A stretch of 32,289 nt of DNA, from the IMG/VR virus record IMGVR_UViG_3300035670_000856, positions 1-32,289 of that record, one strand, 5' to 3'. This DNA comes from a virus. Its lineage: Duplodnaviria > Caudoviricetes. A program made the translations under genes and the position numbers. Numbering within the stretch: the first letter of the stretch is position 1; each line of letters starts with the position of its first letter. Below are positions 1 through 8,493 of the stretch, piece by piece. The notes under the pieces are model-generated. The model did not search any database. It saw nothing but the letters and a program-made list of their open reading frames with translations, and was not told the DNA's origin.

Positions 1-1
1 A

Positions 2-1339
2 AAAGGTATCTACAGATATAAACTTGATACAAACAATTGGATGATGGTACACATCGTTGACTCAATTGTTGAAGAAATATCAGCAGACGGTATACGCGAT
101 ATCGTACGTATGCATTTTGACACGCTTCCACAAGAATTAGATGGCATAGACAAACATAAGATCTTACAACACGTACAAAACCAATTTGACTCAATATATC
201 TTACTAAAGAAAAATTAGCTTGGATACCTAATCATGAAATTACGTGGCAACGTGATGACAAAGAAACAGCATACTTCTACTTTAAAAACTGCGCAATCAA
301 AGTAACTAAAACCAAAATCGATGTTATTGATTACGCTACACAACTTGAAGGATGCATATGGCGCGACCAAATCATTCAACGAGAATTCCAACTCATTGAC
401 ACAAAAACAAACTCTGATTGCATATTCGCAAACTTTATTTATAATATAACAACTGGAGGGCAACACTCAAATGAGTTTAATTTCCATATGATGATCAATA
501 CTATTGGATATATTTTACACTCATACAAGGACCCTGCCAACCCTAAAGCAATAATCCTAACTGATGAAGTCATAAGCGATAACCCAGAAGGCGGCATCGG
601 CAAAGGCATCTTCATAAAAGCACTAGGACATATGAAAAACTTAGTCACTTACGATGGCAAAAACTGGAACTGGCAAAAATCATTCATCTTCCAACGTGTC
701 ACACTATCTACACAAATCATAGCATTCGAAGACGTATCAAAAAACTACTCATTCGAAAAACTATTCTCAATAATAACTGAAGGCATCGAAGTAGAAAAAA
801 AGAATAAAGAATCATTCTATATACCATACAACGTATCACCAAAAATTCTAATTACATCAAACTACGTTGTCGAAGGCAGAGGAGCATCACACGACAGAAG
901 AAGACACGAAATTGAATTAAAACAATTCTTCAAACCTACGTACACACCTAAAGACCACTACAAACATAACCTATACACTGACTGGGATACAAATGAATGG
1001 AACAAATTTGACAACTTTATGATGATCTGCACACAATCATACTTACATGACGGCCTCATCACACCAAATAACGCAAACCTGAAATACAAAAAACTAATCC
1101 AAGAAGTACCTGAAGACTTTATACACTACTTCCAACAACATGAACACAAAACAGATGAACAAAACCTCGCTGAAATTGCATCAGACTTCAAATCACATAA
1201 CAATGACTTTCACAAAGTTCTCAACAGAACCATCATGAACTGGATCAAAAAAATAGCAGAATATAAAGATCTTCAACTTGAACAATACAGACGCCAAGCA
1301 AATTCTTACTTCAAAATCACAAATTCTAACAAAAATTAA
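2..1339 (+). CDS. Phage primase/helicase, C-terminal NTPase part (5'-partial)
   Basis: Frame is open from position 2 (KGIYRYKLDTNNWM...). Walker A-like PEGGIGKG, Walker B-like IIAFEDV, and PKILITSN and DRRRHEIE motifs typical of SF3/P4-like primase-helicases. Confidence 0.8.
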   Translation, partial: KGIYRYKLDTNNWMMVHIVDSIVEEISADGIRDIVRMHFDTLPQELDGIDKHKILQHVQNQFDSIYLTKEKLAWIPNHEITWQRDDKETAYFYFKNCAIKVTKTKIDVIDYATQLEGCIWRDQIIQREFQLIDTKTNSDCIFANFIYNITTGGQHSNEFNFHMMINTIGYILHSYKDPANPKAIILTDEVISDNPEGGIGKGIFIKALGHMKNLVTYDGKNWNWQKSFIFQRVTLSTQIIAFEDVSKNYSFEKLFSIITEGIEVEKKNKESFYIPYNVSPKILITSNYVVEGRGASHDRRRHEIELKQFFKPTYTPKDHYKHNLYTDWDTNEWNKFDNFMMICTQSYLHDGLITPNNANLKYKKLIQEVPEDFIHYFQQHEHKTDEQNLAEIASDFKSHNNDFHKVLNRTIMNWIKKIAEYKDLQLEQYRRQANSYFKITNSNKN

Positions 1340-1349
1340 AAATCTTGTG

Positions 1350-1640
1350 ACACATAAAGTGATAGAAAACACATAAAATACAGATAGAAAAAACTTATCT
1401 GTTCATACAACTAATTGAATTACAATTCACTCAGGGACTGATACACATAAACAGATAACTTTTTGTATTTACTCCTATAATATTTTATCTACATTTTAAT
1501 TTTACTTTTATAATTATATTTTTTATCTGTTTATCTGTTTTAGAAAATATAAATAATTGATAATTAAATAATTAAAAAAAAATAGTAAGATTTTATCTGT
1601 ATTAAAAAAAAATTTATGTGTAATTTATCTGTATATGTGC
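1350..1640. repeat. Putative replication origin with an inverted array of ACA(C/G)ATAA octamers
   Basis: ACASATAR at 1350, 1369, 1380, 1443, 1451. Reverse complement TTATSTGT at 1395, 1523, 1531, 1593, 1614, 1625. Very AT-rich, non-coding, directly after the primase/helicase. Confidence 0.65.
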
Positions 1641-1660
1641 ATGGAAGTTGTATAATAATT

Positions 1661-1668
1661 TATATTTG
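1661..1668 (+). promoter_or_regulatory. Bacteroidota-type -7 promoter element (TATATTTG)
   Basis: Matches TAnnTTTG and lies 23 nt upstream of the first ORF of the block; -33 element weak. Confidence 0.55.
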
Positions 1669-1691
1669 ACAACAAATAAAAAGCAAAAATT

Positions 1692-1874
1692 ATGACACAG
1701 CAAAAAAAAGAAGCTTATAATATTTTAAATTCACTTTTAAAATATCGCACGCAATTAGCAACTACAAAACCTGCTACATTTAATTTATTGTCAGATGATG
1801 TAAAAAGGTATAATGATGCTGTAGCACAACTTGATATCGCTATTAAAGCAGTTCAAAAAATTACAACTCTATAA
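1692..1874 (+). CDS. Hypothetical protein
   Basis: 60-aa ORF with A-rich leader, in the operon direction. Confidence 0.6.
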   Translation: MTQQKKEAYNILNSLLKYRTQLATTKPATFNLLSDDVKRYNDAVAQLDIAIKAVQKITTL

Positions 1875-1899
1875 AAAATAAAAATTAAAAAAATAGATT

Positions 1900-2103
1900 A
1901 TGAACTACGAACAAAAGGACAACAGTGGTGTTGCGTTTACAAATCAAAAGAAACAAACTGAAATGCAACCAGATTTTACAGGCAATGTAATGATCGATGG
2001 CAAAAAGAAAGACGTAAGCATTTGGATTAAAAAATCAAAAGCTGGTACTGATTATTTTACATTAGCTTTTAGAGATAAAAAAGAACCAGAAGTAAACTTT
2101 TAA
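1900..2103 (+). CDS. Small DUF736-like protein, possibly ssDNA-binding
   Basis: NSGVAFTN..K....PDFTG.V.IDG....VSIWIKKSKAG..YFTL pattern of a common small phage family; ends in an acidic/aromatic tail (EPEVNF). Confidence 0.6.
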   Translation: MNYEQKDNSGVAFTNQKKQTEMQPDFTGNVMIDGKKKDVSIWIKKSKAGTDYFTLAFRDKKEPEVNF

Positions 2104-2116
2104 AATAAAAACTAAA

Positions 2117-2401
2117 ATGGCTGAAATATTTAAAGATGGTGCGGGTAACCCAATAAAAAACGGTGATTATGTATTTATTGGCGTAAATATGCAAAATGTA
2201 TCATATTATGCGTATGGCCCAACTTATGGCCAATCAATGGTTGATAGACCAGTTGGAAGAATTTATAATTTAAAAAAGGCAAAAGGTAAATTGCCATGGG
2301 TTGGCGAATGTGAAGTAATGTTAAAAAGCGGTGGAAAACAATTTCAATATACAAATAACTTATTTAAAACTACAGCTGCTGAATATAGAAATTACAAATA
2401 G
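2117..2401 (+). CDS. Hypothetical protein, SH3/KOW-like start
   Basis: N-terminal KDGAGNPIKNGDYV motif. Confidence 0.6.
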   Translation: MAEIFKDGAGNPIKNGDYVFIGVNMQNVSYYAYGPTYGQSMVDRPVGRIYNLKKAKGKLPWVGECEVMLKSGGKQFQYTNNLFKTTAAEYRNYK

Positions 2402-2430
2402 ACATAATAAAACTTTTAAAACATAAAAAA

Positions 2431-2625
2431 ATGTTACCATATACACGTGACTCAAAAGGGCAAGGATTAAAAGTAGGCGATTTTGTTAGAATCAATAAAG
2501 AATATGGTGGAGGATCGGGTGAGGTAATTGAAGTCATGAATGGATTTATTGTTGTTCAATTAAGAAATGGACAAAAAAAATCATACAACGCTGGAAGTGT
2601 CACTAAAACTTTAATGAGACAATAA
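2431..2625 (+). CDS. Small KOW/SH3-like beta-barrel protein
   Basis: LKVGDFVRI...GGSGEVIEV..GFIVVQL fits a KOW-like pattern. Confidence 0.6.
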   Translation: MLPYTRDSKGQGLKVGDFVRINKEYGGGSGEVIEVMNGFIVVQLRNGQKKSYNAGSVTKTLMRQ

Positions 2626-2626
2626 C

Positions 2627-2959
2627 ATGAGAGAATTAGATCCAACAGAAGTAACTAAATTAGCTTTAATTACAAGATCTTTAATTTCACAATTAAAACA
2701 AAATGCTCCAAAAAGTAGCATTATGAATTTTAAGCAAGAATCAACTAATAAAGGCGGAGTTAGAGTATCTTATGTAGTAAAAAAAGGAGTTAATCCTGAT
2801 CCACCTGTTTCATCCCCACGACGATTAGATGGATATACTACAGTAATTTATTCTGATAAAGAATTTGATGTAGTTGCTAGTGGTTTATCACCATCACAAA
2901 TGCAAGGGCCAGATAGCAACAACGCTACCAAACTAACCATATATCACTATAAAAAATAA
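2627..2959 (+). CDS. Hypothetical protein
   Basis: 110-aa ORF tightly packed in the operon. Confidence 0.65.
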   Translation: MRELDPTEVTKLALITRSLISQLKQNAPKSSIMNFKQESTNKGGVRVSYVVKKGVNPDPPVSSPRRLDGYTTVIYSDKEFDVVASGLSPSQMQGPDSNNATKLTIYHYKK

Positions 2960-2964
2960 AATCA

Positions 2965-3255
2965 ATGAAATTATTTGAACAATATAAAAAACTGTGGTTA
3001 GAATGGCTTCAAGCAAGTATATTGAACGAAAAAAAGAATAAAGAAATTAGCTCTAATTATGGTGATGTAAAAAATTTAAGTAAAGATGATAAAGCAATTA
3101 ATGATAAACAATTCTTAGATCTAAAAATAAAAAAGCAAAAATTAGATGCATTGATTGCTCAATTAAAATCAATGGGATATAATACAGATAAAATGTGGCG
3201 TGATATGTATATGAAGAAAACATTAAATAACGAAAACACATATAAACTAGATTAA
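2965..3255 (+). CDS. Hypothetical helical protein
   Basis: 96-aa ORF abutting the next gene. Confidence 0.65.
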   Translation: MKLFEQYKKLWLEWLQASILNEKKNKEISSNYGDVKNLSKDDKAINDKQFLDLKIKKQKLDALIAQLKSMGYNTDKMWRDMYMKKTLNNENTYKLD

Positions 3256-3903
3256 ATGTTTAGCATAGTACACCCATCATATCAGAGACCACATCAAGCA
3301 TTTGATGTATATCAACAATACAAATCATTGATGGGAAGTTTTAATGAATTAGAATGGATCATAAGTCTTAATTACGATGAATTATTTATAACTGATTACT
3401 ATAAGTTATTTCAATTTTGTGATGATGTTATAATCATTGAAAGTAATGTAAGTAATATGGTAGCTGCAAGTAATGTTGCTGCTTTAAAAACAAAGTATGA
3501 TTACATTATTTTAGTTAGTGATGATATGTACCCTTGTAAAAATTGGGATACAAAGATTCTTAATGCTTTTAAATTATATAAAAACAAAGAAGCTATTATA
3601 CAGATACATGATAGTATTAGATGCGATATACTTACAATACCTATAATGAATAGATTAGCGTATAATAAATTAGGGTATATTTATAATCCTAAGTATATTA
3701 GTATGTATGCTGACAATGATTTAATGATGGTAGCAAAAAAGCATAACATGTATTATTTGCATAATGATATTGTGTTTGACCATCGGCATTATAGTGTAGG
3801 CAAATCAAAATTAGATTATACATACAGACGCGAGAATAGTAGCGTTGCTTTTGATCACGGCAAAAGATTATTTAATTACCGATGCGAGCATGAATTCGAA
3901 TAA
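3256..3903 (+). CDS. Glycosyltransferase, GT2-like (GT-A fold)
   Basis: N-terminal FSIVHPSYQRP strand, YDYIILVSDDMYP acidic motif, YADNDL catalytic-like motif, then HRH. Confidence 0.8.
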   Translation: MFSIVHPSYQRPHQAFDVYQQYKSLMGSFNELEWIISLNYDELFITDYYKLFQFCDDVIIIESNVSNMVAASNVAALKTKYDYIILVSDDMYPCKNWDTKILNAFKLYKNKEAIIQIHDSIRCDILTIPIMNRLAYNKLGYIYNPKYISMYADNDLMMVAKKHNMYYLHNDIVFDHRHYSVGKSKLDYTYRRENSSVAFDHGKRLFNYRCEHEFE

Positions 3904-4483
3904 AGAAGTAGATGCTATATGGACAATTTGTGTGCTTACGATTAAAGGTCGCGAAAAATATTATGAACGGCTAAGATCAATTTTAGATCCACAGATTATT
4001 AATAAGCCAATTACGATAGTTGTTCTAAAAGATAATAAAGAGCGTACTATTGGAGAAAAAAGGCAATTAGCATTAGACTTAGCAACTACAGAGTACATAA
4101 ATTTTATTGATGACGATGATGTGATATCTACAAATTATTGTGATATTATATTAAATGAATTAAGAAAAGGTGTTGATGGTGTCGGTTTTAGAGGTATTAT
4201 TACTTCACCTAATTCGTATGTTGTTGAATTTGTACATAAGTATGGATTCAAATATTCTGATAAACCTGAAAAATACGGTGGCGCAAAGATTTACACAAGA
4301 TCATTAAATCATTTAAATCCTATTAAAGTAGAGATTGCAAAACAAATAGGGTATAAATCATTGAATTTTGGAGAAGATCTTGATTATTGCCAACGTTTAT
4401 TAGATAGTGGTTTAGTAAAGAGTGATGCCTTTATTGATGATTATTTATATTTTTATCAATATAGACCAAACAAAAAAAATTAA
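3890..4483 (+). CDS. Glycosyltransferase, GT2 family
   Basis: WTICVLT...R, IGEKRQ, EYINFIDDDD (DxD), GEDLDY, YLYFY. ATG at 3890 preferred over 3845. Confidence 0.85.
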   Translation: MNSNKEVDAIWTICVLTIKGREKYYERLRSILDPQIINKPITIVVLKDNKERTIGEKRQLALDLATTEYINFIDDDDVISTNYCDIILNELRKGVDGVGFRGIITSPNSYVVEFVHKYGFKYSDKPEKYGGAKIYTRSLNHLNPIKVEIAKQIGYKSLNFGEDLDYCQRLLDSGLVKSDAFIDDYLYFYQYRPNKKN

Positions 4484-4488
4484 AGCAT

Positions 4489-4713
4489 ATGCATATTATC
4501 TATTACCAAGGTTCGTATTATTTTAAGTCAATGAACTTTCATACTATATATAAATTCACGCCATCAAATGGTGGGTTGACAACTCAATTGCAAGTTGTAG
4601 AGTCAATGCCACATTTCGGTGTTGAGTATGATGGTCAAGATATATTAGTGCAATCTGTGCTTGAAAATATGATTTTGTTTATCGAAGAATTGCGTGATGA
4701 GTCTTTAAGTTAA
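4489..4713 (+). CDS. Hypothetical protein
   Basis: 74-aa ORF packed between neighbours. Confidence 0.6.
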   Translation: MHIIYYQGSYYFKSMNFHTIYKFTPSNGGLTTQLQVVESMPHFGVEYDGQDILVQSVLENMILFIEELRDESLS

Positions 4714-4717
4714 TTAT

Positions 4718-5032
4718 ATGGAAAAAATATTTAGCAATTACCCAAAGTCAATTAGTTTGGCTGCTGAAAGAGGCATCAAATTAAATGATCAAGTAAATAA
4801 TAAATGCGCAACGCAGGTCGGCAAGGTTCGAGCGCAACAGCTCAGCCAAGGGCAACCAATATCTTTAGAAACTGTAAAAAGGATGTATAGTTATTTAAGT
4901 AGAGCAGCTGCGTATTATGATCCTTCAGATACAAAAGCGTGTGGAACAATTAGTTATTTATTATGGGGTGGCGAAGCCGCTTATAGGTGGTCAAAAAGTA
5001 TTGTAGAAAAACAAGACTCAAATAATGAGTAA
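4718..5032 (+). CDS. Conserved-looking phage hypothetical protein (ISYLLWGG motif)
   Basis: CATQVGKVRAQQL..G.PISLETVKRMYSYLSR...GTISYLLWGG resembles a domain recalled from aquatic phage head-region proteins; function unknown. Confidence 0.7.
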   Translation: MEKIFSNYPKSISLAAERGIKLNDQVNNKCATQVGKVRAQQLSQGQPISLETVKRMYSYLSRAAAYYDPSDTKACGTISYLLWGGEAAYRWSKSIVEKQDSNNE

Positions 5033-5092
5033 TGAAGACAATATTTATTATATCTATTGTTTGTTTTATTATCACAACATTGATTTTGATTT

Positions 5093-6076
5093 ATGATAGC
5101 ATTAATAACAGGCATAACGGGACAAGATGGTAGTTATTTAGCAGAATTATTATTAGCTAAAGGATATGTTGTACACGGTATAAAACGAAGAAGTAGTTTA
5201 TTAAATACACAACGTGTTGATCATATTTACGATCACCCGAATTTTGAATTGCATTACGGCGATTTAACTGATTCATTAAATTTAGTATCTTTAATAAATA
5301 AAATAAGGCCTACAGAGATCTATAATCTCGGAGCAATGAGTCACGTGCAAGTAAGCTTTGAGATGCCAGAGTACACTGCTAACGTTAATGCATTAGGTAC
5401 ACTCAGATTACTTGAAGCAATTAGACTATTAGACTATCAATGTAAATTTTACCAAGCAAGCACGAGTGAGCTATTTGGCAATACCAATACAAATAAACAA
5501 AGTATTGATACAGTCATGATGCCAGTTAGTCCTTATGCTACAAGTAAATTATACGCATATCATATAACGCGTAATTATAGAGATGCATATAATATCTTTG
5601 CGTGTAATGGTGTGTTATTTAATCATGAGTCACCACGTAGAGGCGAAACATTTGTAACACGCAAAATAACAAGAGGTATCGCTAATATTGTCAAAGGCAA
5701 ACAACAAGCAATTCAATTAGGTAATATACATTCTAAAAGAGATTGGGGCCATGCTAAAGATTACGTACAAGCAATGTACTTAATGATGCAGCATCATAGC
5801 GCATTAGATCTAGTAATAGGAACTGGTAATGTATATTCAGTAAAAGAGTTTGTAGATATTTGCTTTGATATATTAGATAAAAAAGTAGATTGGACTGGTA
5901 GTGGAGGATATGTTGATGGCAAAAGAGCCGTGTTGATCAATAAAAAATATATGCGCAAAAATGAATTGTCATACTTATGTGCAGATAATAAAATGGCTTG
6001 TGATACATTAAATTGGAAGCCGGAGTATGATATTAGGTCATTAGCAGAAGAGATGCTAAATGAAGATTTAAAATAA
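5093..6076 (+). CDS. gmd: GDP-mannose 4,6-dehydratase
   Basis: ALITGITGQDGSYLAELLL, YNLGAMSHV, FYQASTSELFG, SPYATSK (YxxxK), FNHESPRRGETFVTRKI, RDWGHAKDYV. Confidence 0.97.
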   Translation: MIALITGITGQDGSYLAELLLAKGYVVHGIKRRSSLLNTQRVDHIYDHPNFELHYGDLTDSLNLVSLINKIRPTEIYNLGAMSHVQVSFEMPEYTANVNALGTLRLLEAIRLLDYQCKFYQASTSELFGNTNTNKQSIDTVMMPVSPYATSKLYAYHITRNYRDAYNIFACNGVLFNHESPRRGETFVTRKITRGIANIVKGKQQAIQLGNIHSKRDWGHAKDYVQAMYLMMQHHSALDLVIGTGNVYSVKEFVDICFDILDKKVDWTGSGGYVDGKRAVLINKKYMRKNELSYLCADNKMACDTLNWKPEYDIRSLAEEMLNEDLK

Positions 6077-6082
6077 TATAAT

Positions 6083-6169
6083 GGCTGGATGGTGGAATTG
6101 GCAGACACGCAGGACTTAAAATCCTGTTGCAAATAAAATGCAGTGTGGGTTCGAAGCCCACTCCGGCTA
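6083..6169 (+). tRNA. tRNA-Leu, anticodon UAA
   Basis: Acceptor GGCTGGA/TCCGGCT, D arm GTGGAATTGGCAGACAC, anticodon arm CAGGA-CTTAAAA-TCCTG, long variable arm, T arm GTGGG-TTCGAAG-CCCAC, discriminator A. CCA not encoded. Confidence 0.92.
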
Positions 6170-6173
6170 CAAC

Positions 6174-7103
6174 ATGAGTACATATATTTTAGGCAGAGGA
6201 ATGGTAGGCAGTGCCATTTCTTTTATTGATAAAGATGCGCAATTAATCGGTAGATCTATTGTAGATCTTACTGATCAAATTAGTGTGAATAAATTTTTTG
6301 GTAGATTAAAACCTAAGAAAATTTATTTGTGTGCAGCAAAAGTTGGTGGTATTAATGCTAATCAAACATACCCTGCTGAATTTATATACGAGAATTTAAT
6401 GATACAAAGCAACGTCATTCACGCTGCTTATAAGTATAATACAGAAAAATTATTGTTTATCGGCAGTAGTTGTATCTATCCTAAGCATTGTCAACAACCA
6501 ATTGATGAGGATTATTTATTGACTGGTGAATTAGAAAAAACTAACGAACCGTATGCTATTGCTAAGATAGCGGGTTTAAAAATGATTGAAGCATATAGAA
6601 AACAATATAAAGTAAATTTTATATCGTGTATGCCAACTAATTTATATGGCGAAGGCGATAACTATGATTTAGATAATAATCACGTAATTCCGGCGTTGAT
6701 TAAAAAAATAGTAACTGCTAAATACGAAAATTTAGATAGTGTAGAAATATGGGGCGATGGTTCTCCATTAAGAGAATTTTTGCATGTTAAAGATTTTGCT
6801 AGAGCATGTAAGTTTTTAATGGACAATTATAATGATGATGGCCATATTAACGTTGGTAGTGGAGATGTTTATAGTATTAATGAAGTTGCGATGATCATAT
6901 GCGATATTTTAAACTACTATCCAAAGTTTAAACATTTATTGCATATGCCTAATGGCACAAAAGAGAAAACATTAAATAGTAATAAAATAAATGCATTAGG
7001 ATGGAAAAGTGAGATTGGACTTGTTGACGGCTTAAGGCATTTAGTTAATTTATATGCACATGAACTTCAAAGAAAAAGCAAAAAAAATATTAGAATATTA
7101 TGA
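6174..7103 (+). CDS. fcl: GDP-L-fucose synthase (epimerase/reductase)
   Basis: GRGMVGSA, AAKVGGI, GSSCIYPK, YAIAK, MPTNLYG, HVIPALI, WGDGSPLREFLHV. The start must be 6174 because 6138 lies inside the tRNA. Confidence 0.95.
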   Translation: MSTYILGRGMVGSAISFIDKDAQLIGRSIVDLTDQISVNKFFGRLKPKKIYLCAAKVGGINANQTYPAEFIYENLMIQSNVIHAAYKYNTEKLLFIGSSCIYPKHCQQPIDEDYLLTGELEKTNEPYAIAKIAGLKMIEAYRKQYKVNFISCMPTNLYGEGDNYDLDNNHVIPALIKKIVTAKYENLDSVEIWGDGSPLREFLHVKDFARACKFLMDNYNDDGHINVGSGDVYSINEVAMIICDILNYYPKFKHLLHMPNGTKEKTLNSNKINALGWKSEIGLVDGLRHLVNLYAHELQRKSKKNIRIL

Positions 7104-7257
7104 TGAATATACTTGGCGCAAAGATTTAAATGATCTTACACCTAAAGATAGATTAAAAACTTTAATTGAAATAGCAGAATTTGTAGAGCCTAAATTGCAA
7201 CGCCAAGAAATTAAATCAGATTCTAATGAAATTACAATCAAAATAATTCGTGAGTGA
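7060..7257 (+). CDS. Putative terminase small subunit
   Basis: Short helical ORF (DLTPKDRL...FVEPKLQR, beta-like tail ITIKII) overlapping the start of TerL. Confidence 0.55.
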   Translation: MNFKEKAKKILEYYDEYTWRKDLNDLTPKDRLKTLIEIAEFVEPKLQRQEIKSDSNEITIKIIRE

Positions 7258-8476
7258 AATTGAGATTAAATTAAAAAAGCTACATCAAGGACAGTTAGAC
7301 GTACTGCATCAATCAAGAAGATATAATGTATTAAAGATTGGTAGACGTTGGGGTAAAACTACACTTGCTGTAAATTGTTTATTAATTGACAAATCACTAG
7401 ACGGGTTGCCGTGTGCTTACTACGCTCCAACGTATAAAGATCTTAATGACGTATGGTTGGAATTAAGATACATATTAAAAGATGTATTAGCAAGTAAAAA
7501 CGAACAAACAAAGCAAATGCGTTTGATTACTGGTGGAGTGATTGATTTTTGGTCAATGGATGAACCTGATTCTGGTCGTGGTAGAAAATATGCTAGAGTT
7601 GTAGTTGATGAAGCGGAAAAAGCTAAAAAATTTCAACAAACATGGACGCAAACAATAATGCCAACGTTGATTGATTATAAAGGTGATGGTTGGATTTTGA
7701 GTACGCCAAAATTTGGTCAAACATTTTTTAAAGAATTATTTGCTAAAGATGATATTAACTGGAAGCCATTTAATTTAAGTAGCTATAATAATCCTCATAT
7801 TGATCCATTAGAGATTGATAACTTAAAAACACAATTAGATGAATTAACGTTTAGGTGTGAGATATTAGCTGAAGATGTTAACTTAGCTAATAATCCTTTT
7901 GCTTATGCATTTGATGTAAATAAACACGTAGTAAATTGTGAGTACAAACAATTAGATCATTTATACTTGTCATTCGATTTTAACGTAGATCCTATTACAT
8001 GTATTGCCGTACAGCATTATGATGGTTGCATTAAGATCATAAAAGAATTCGCGTTAAAGAATAGTGATATCTATCAATTATGCGATCACATTATTGCAGC
8101 GTTTCCTAAAGCAAGTTTTATAATTACTGGTGATGCTACTGGTGCAAATAGATCAGCATTGACAAGCGGAAATTATGGTTATTATGATGTAGTACAACGT
8201 AAGTTGAATTTAGCAAATGGTCAAATGCGTCAACCTAGCGTGAACCCATCTATTCGTGACACTAGAGTGTTGTTGAATTCTTTATTGCAAAATTATTGCT
8301 TTCAAATTGATAGTAGTTGTGTCAATACAATAAGAGATTTGCAGTATGTTGAAGTTGATGAAGATGCGGATATTATAAAAGATCGTAGAACAGATTTACG
8401 TAAAAGTGATTTACTAGATTGTGTGCGATATTATTGCAATACATTTCACAGAGATTGGCTTAGATATTTTAATTGA
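7250..8476 (+). CDS. terL: Terminase large subunit
   Basis: LHQGQ Q-motif, Walker A GRRWGKT, Walker B VVVDEA, coupling motif STP, nuclease acidic residues FDFNVDP, TGDATG, DLLDCVRY. GTG start. Confidence 0.93.
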   Translation: MSEIEIKLKKLHQGQLDVLHQSRRYNVLKIGRRWGKTTLAVNCLLIDKSLDGLPCAYYAPTYKDLNDVWLELRYILKDVLASKNEQTKQMRLITGGVIDFWSMDEPDSGRGRKYARVVVDEAEKAKKFQQTWTQTIMPTLIDYKGDGWILSTPKFGQTFFKELFAKDDINWKPFNLSSYNNPHIDPLEIDNLKTQLDELTFRCEILAEDVNLANNPFAYAFDVNKHVVNCEYKQLDHLYLSFDFNVDPITCIAVQHYDGCIKIIKEFALKNSDIYQLCDHIIAAFPKASFIITGDATGANRSALTSGNYGYYDVVQRKLNLANGQMRQPSVNPSIRDTRVLLNSLLQNYCFQIDSSCVNTIRDLQYVEVDEDADIIKDRRTDLRKSDLLDCVRYYCNTFHRDWLRYFN

Positions 8477-8480
8477 TAAT

Positions 8481-8488
8481 TATATTTG
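8481..8488 (+). promoter_or_regulatory. Bacteroidota-type -7 promoter element (TATATTTG)
   Basis: TAnnTTTG between the terL stop and ATG 8494. Confidence 0.5.
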
Positions 8489-8493
8489 TAAAC

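Noticed and set aside
1350-1640. Repeat region as a CRISPR array
   Set aside because: Repeats are only 8 bp, irregularly spaced and in both orientations; no cas genes.
6138-6173. N-terminal extension of fcl given in the ORF track
   Set aside because: Overlaps the tRNA T arm and acceptor stem; the Rossmann motif begins right after ATG 6174.
3256-7103. Sugar genes as a host LPS/capsule locus flanking a prophage
   Set aside because: They are interleaved with phage-type ORFs, overlap the terminase genes and share phage composition; no flippase, polymerase or other host genes are present.
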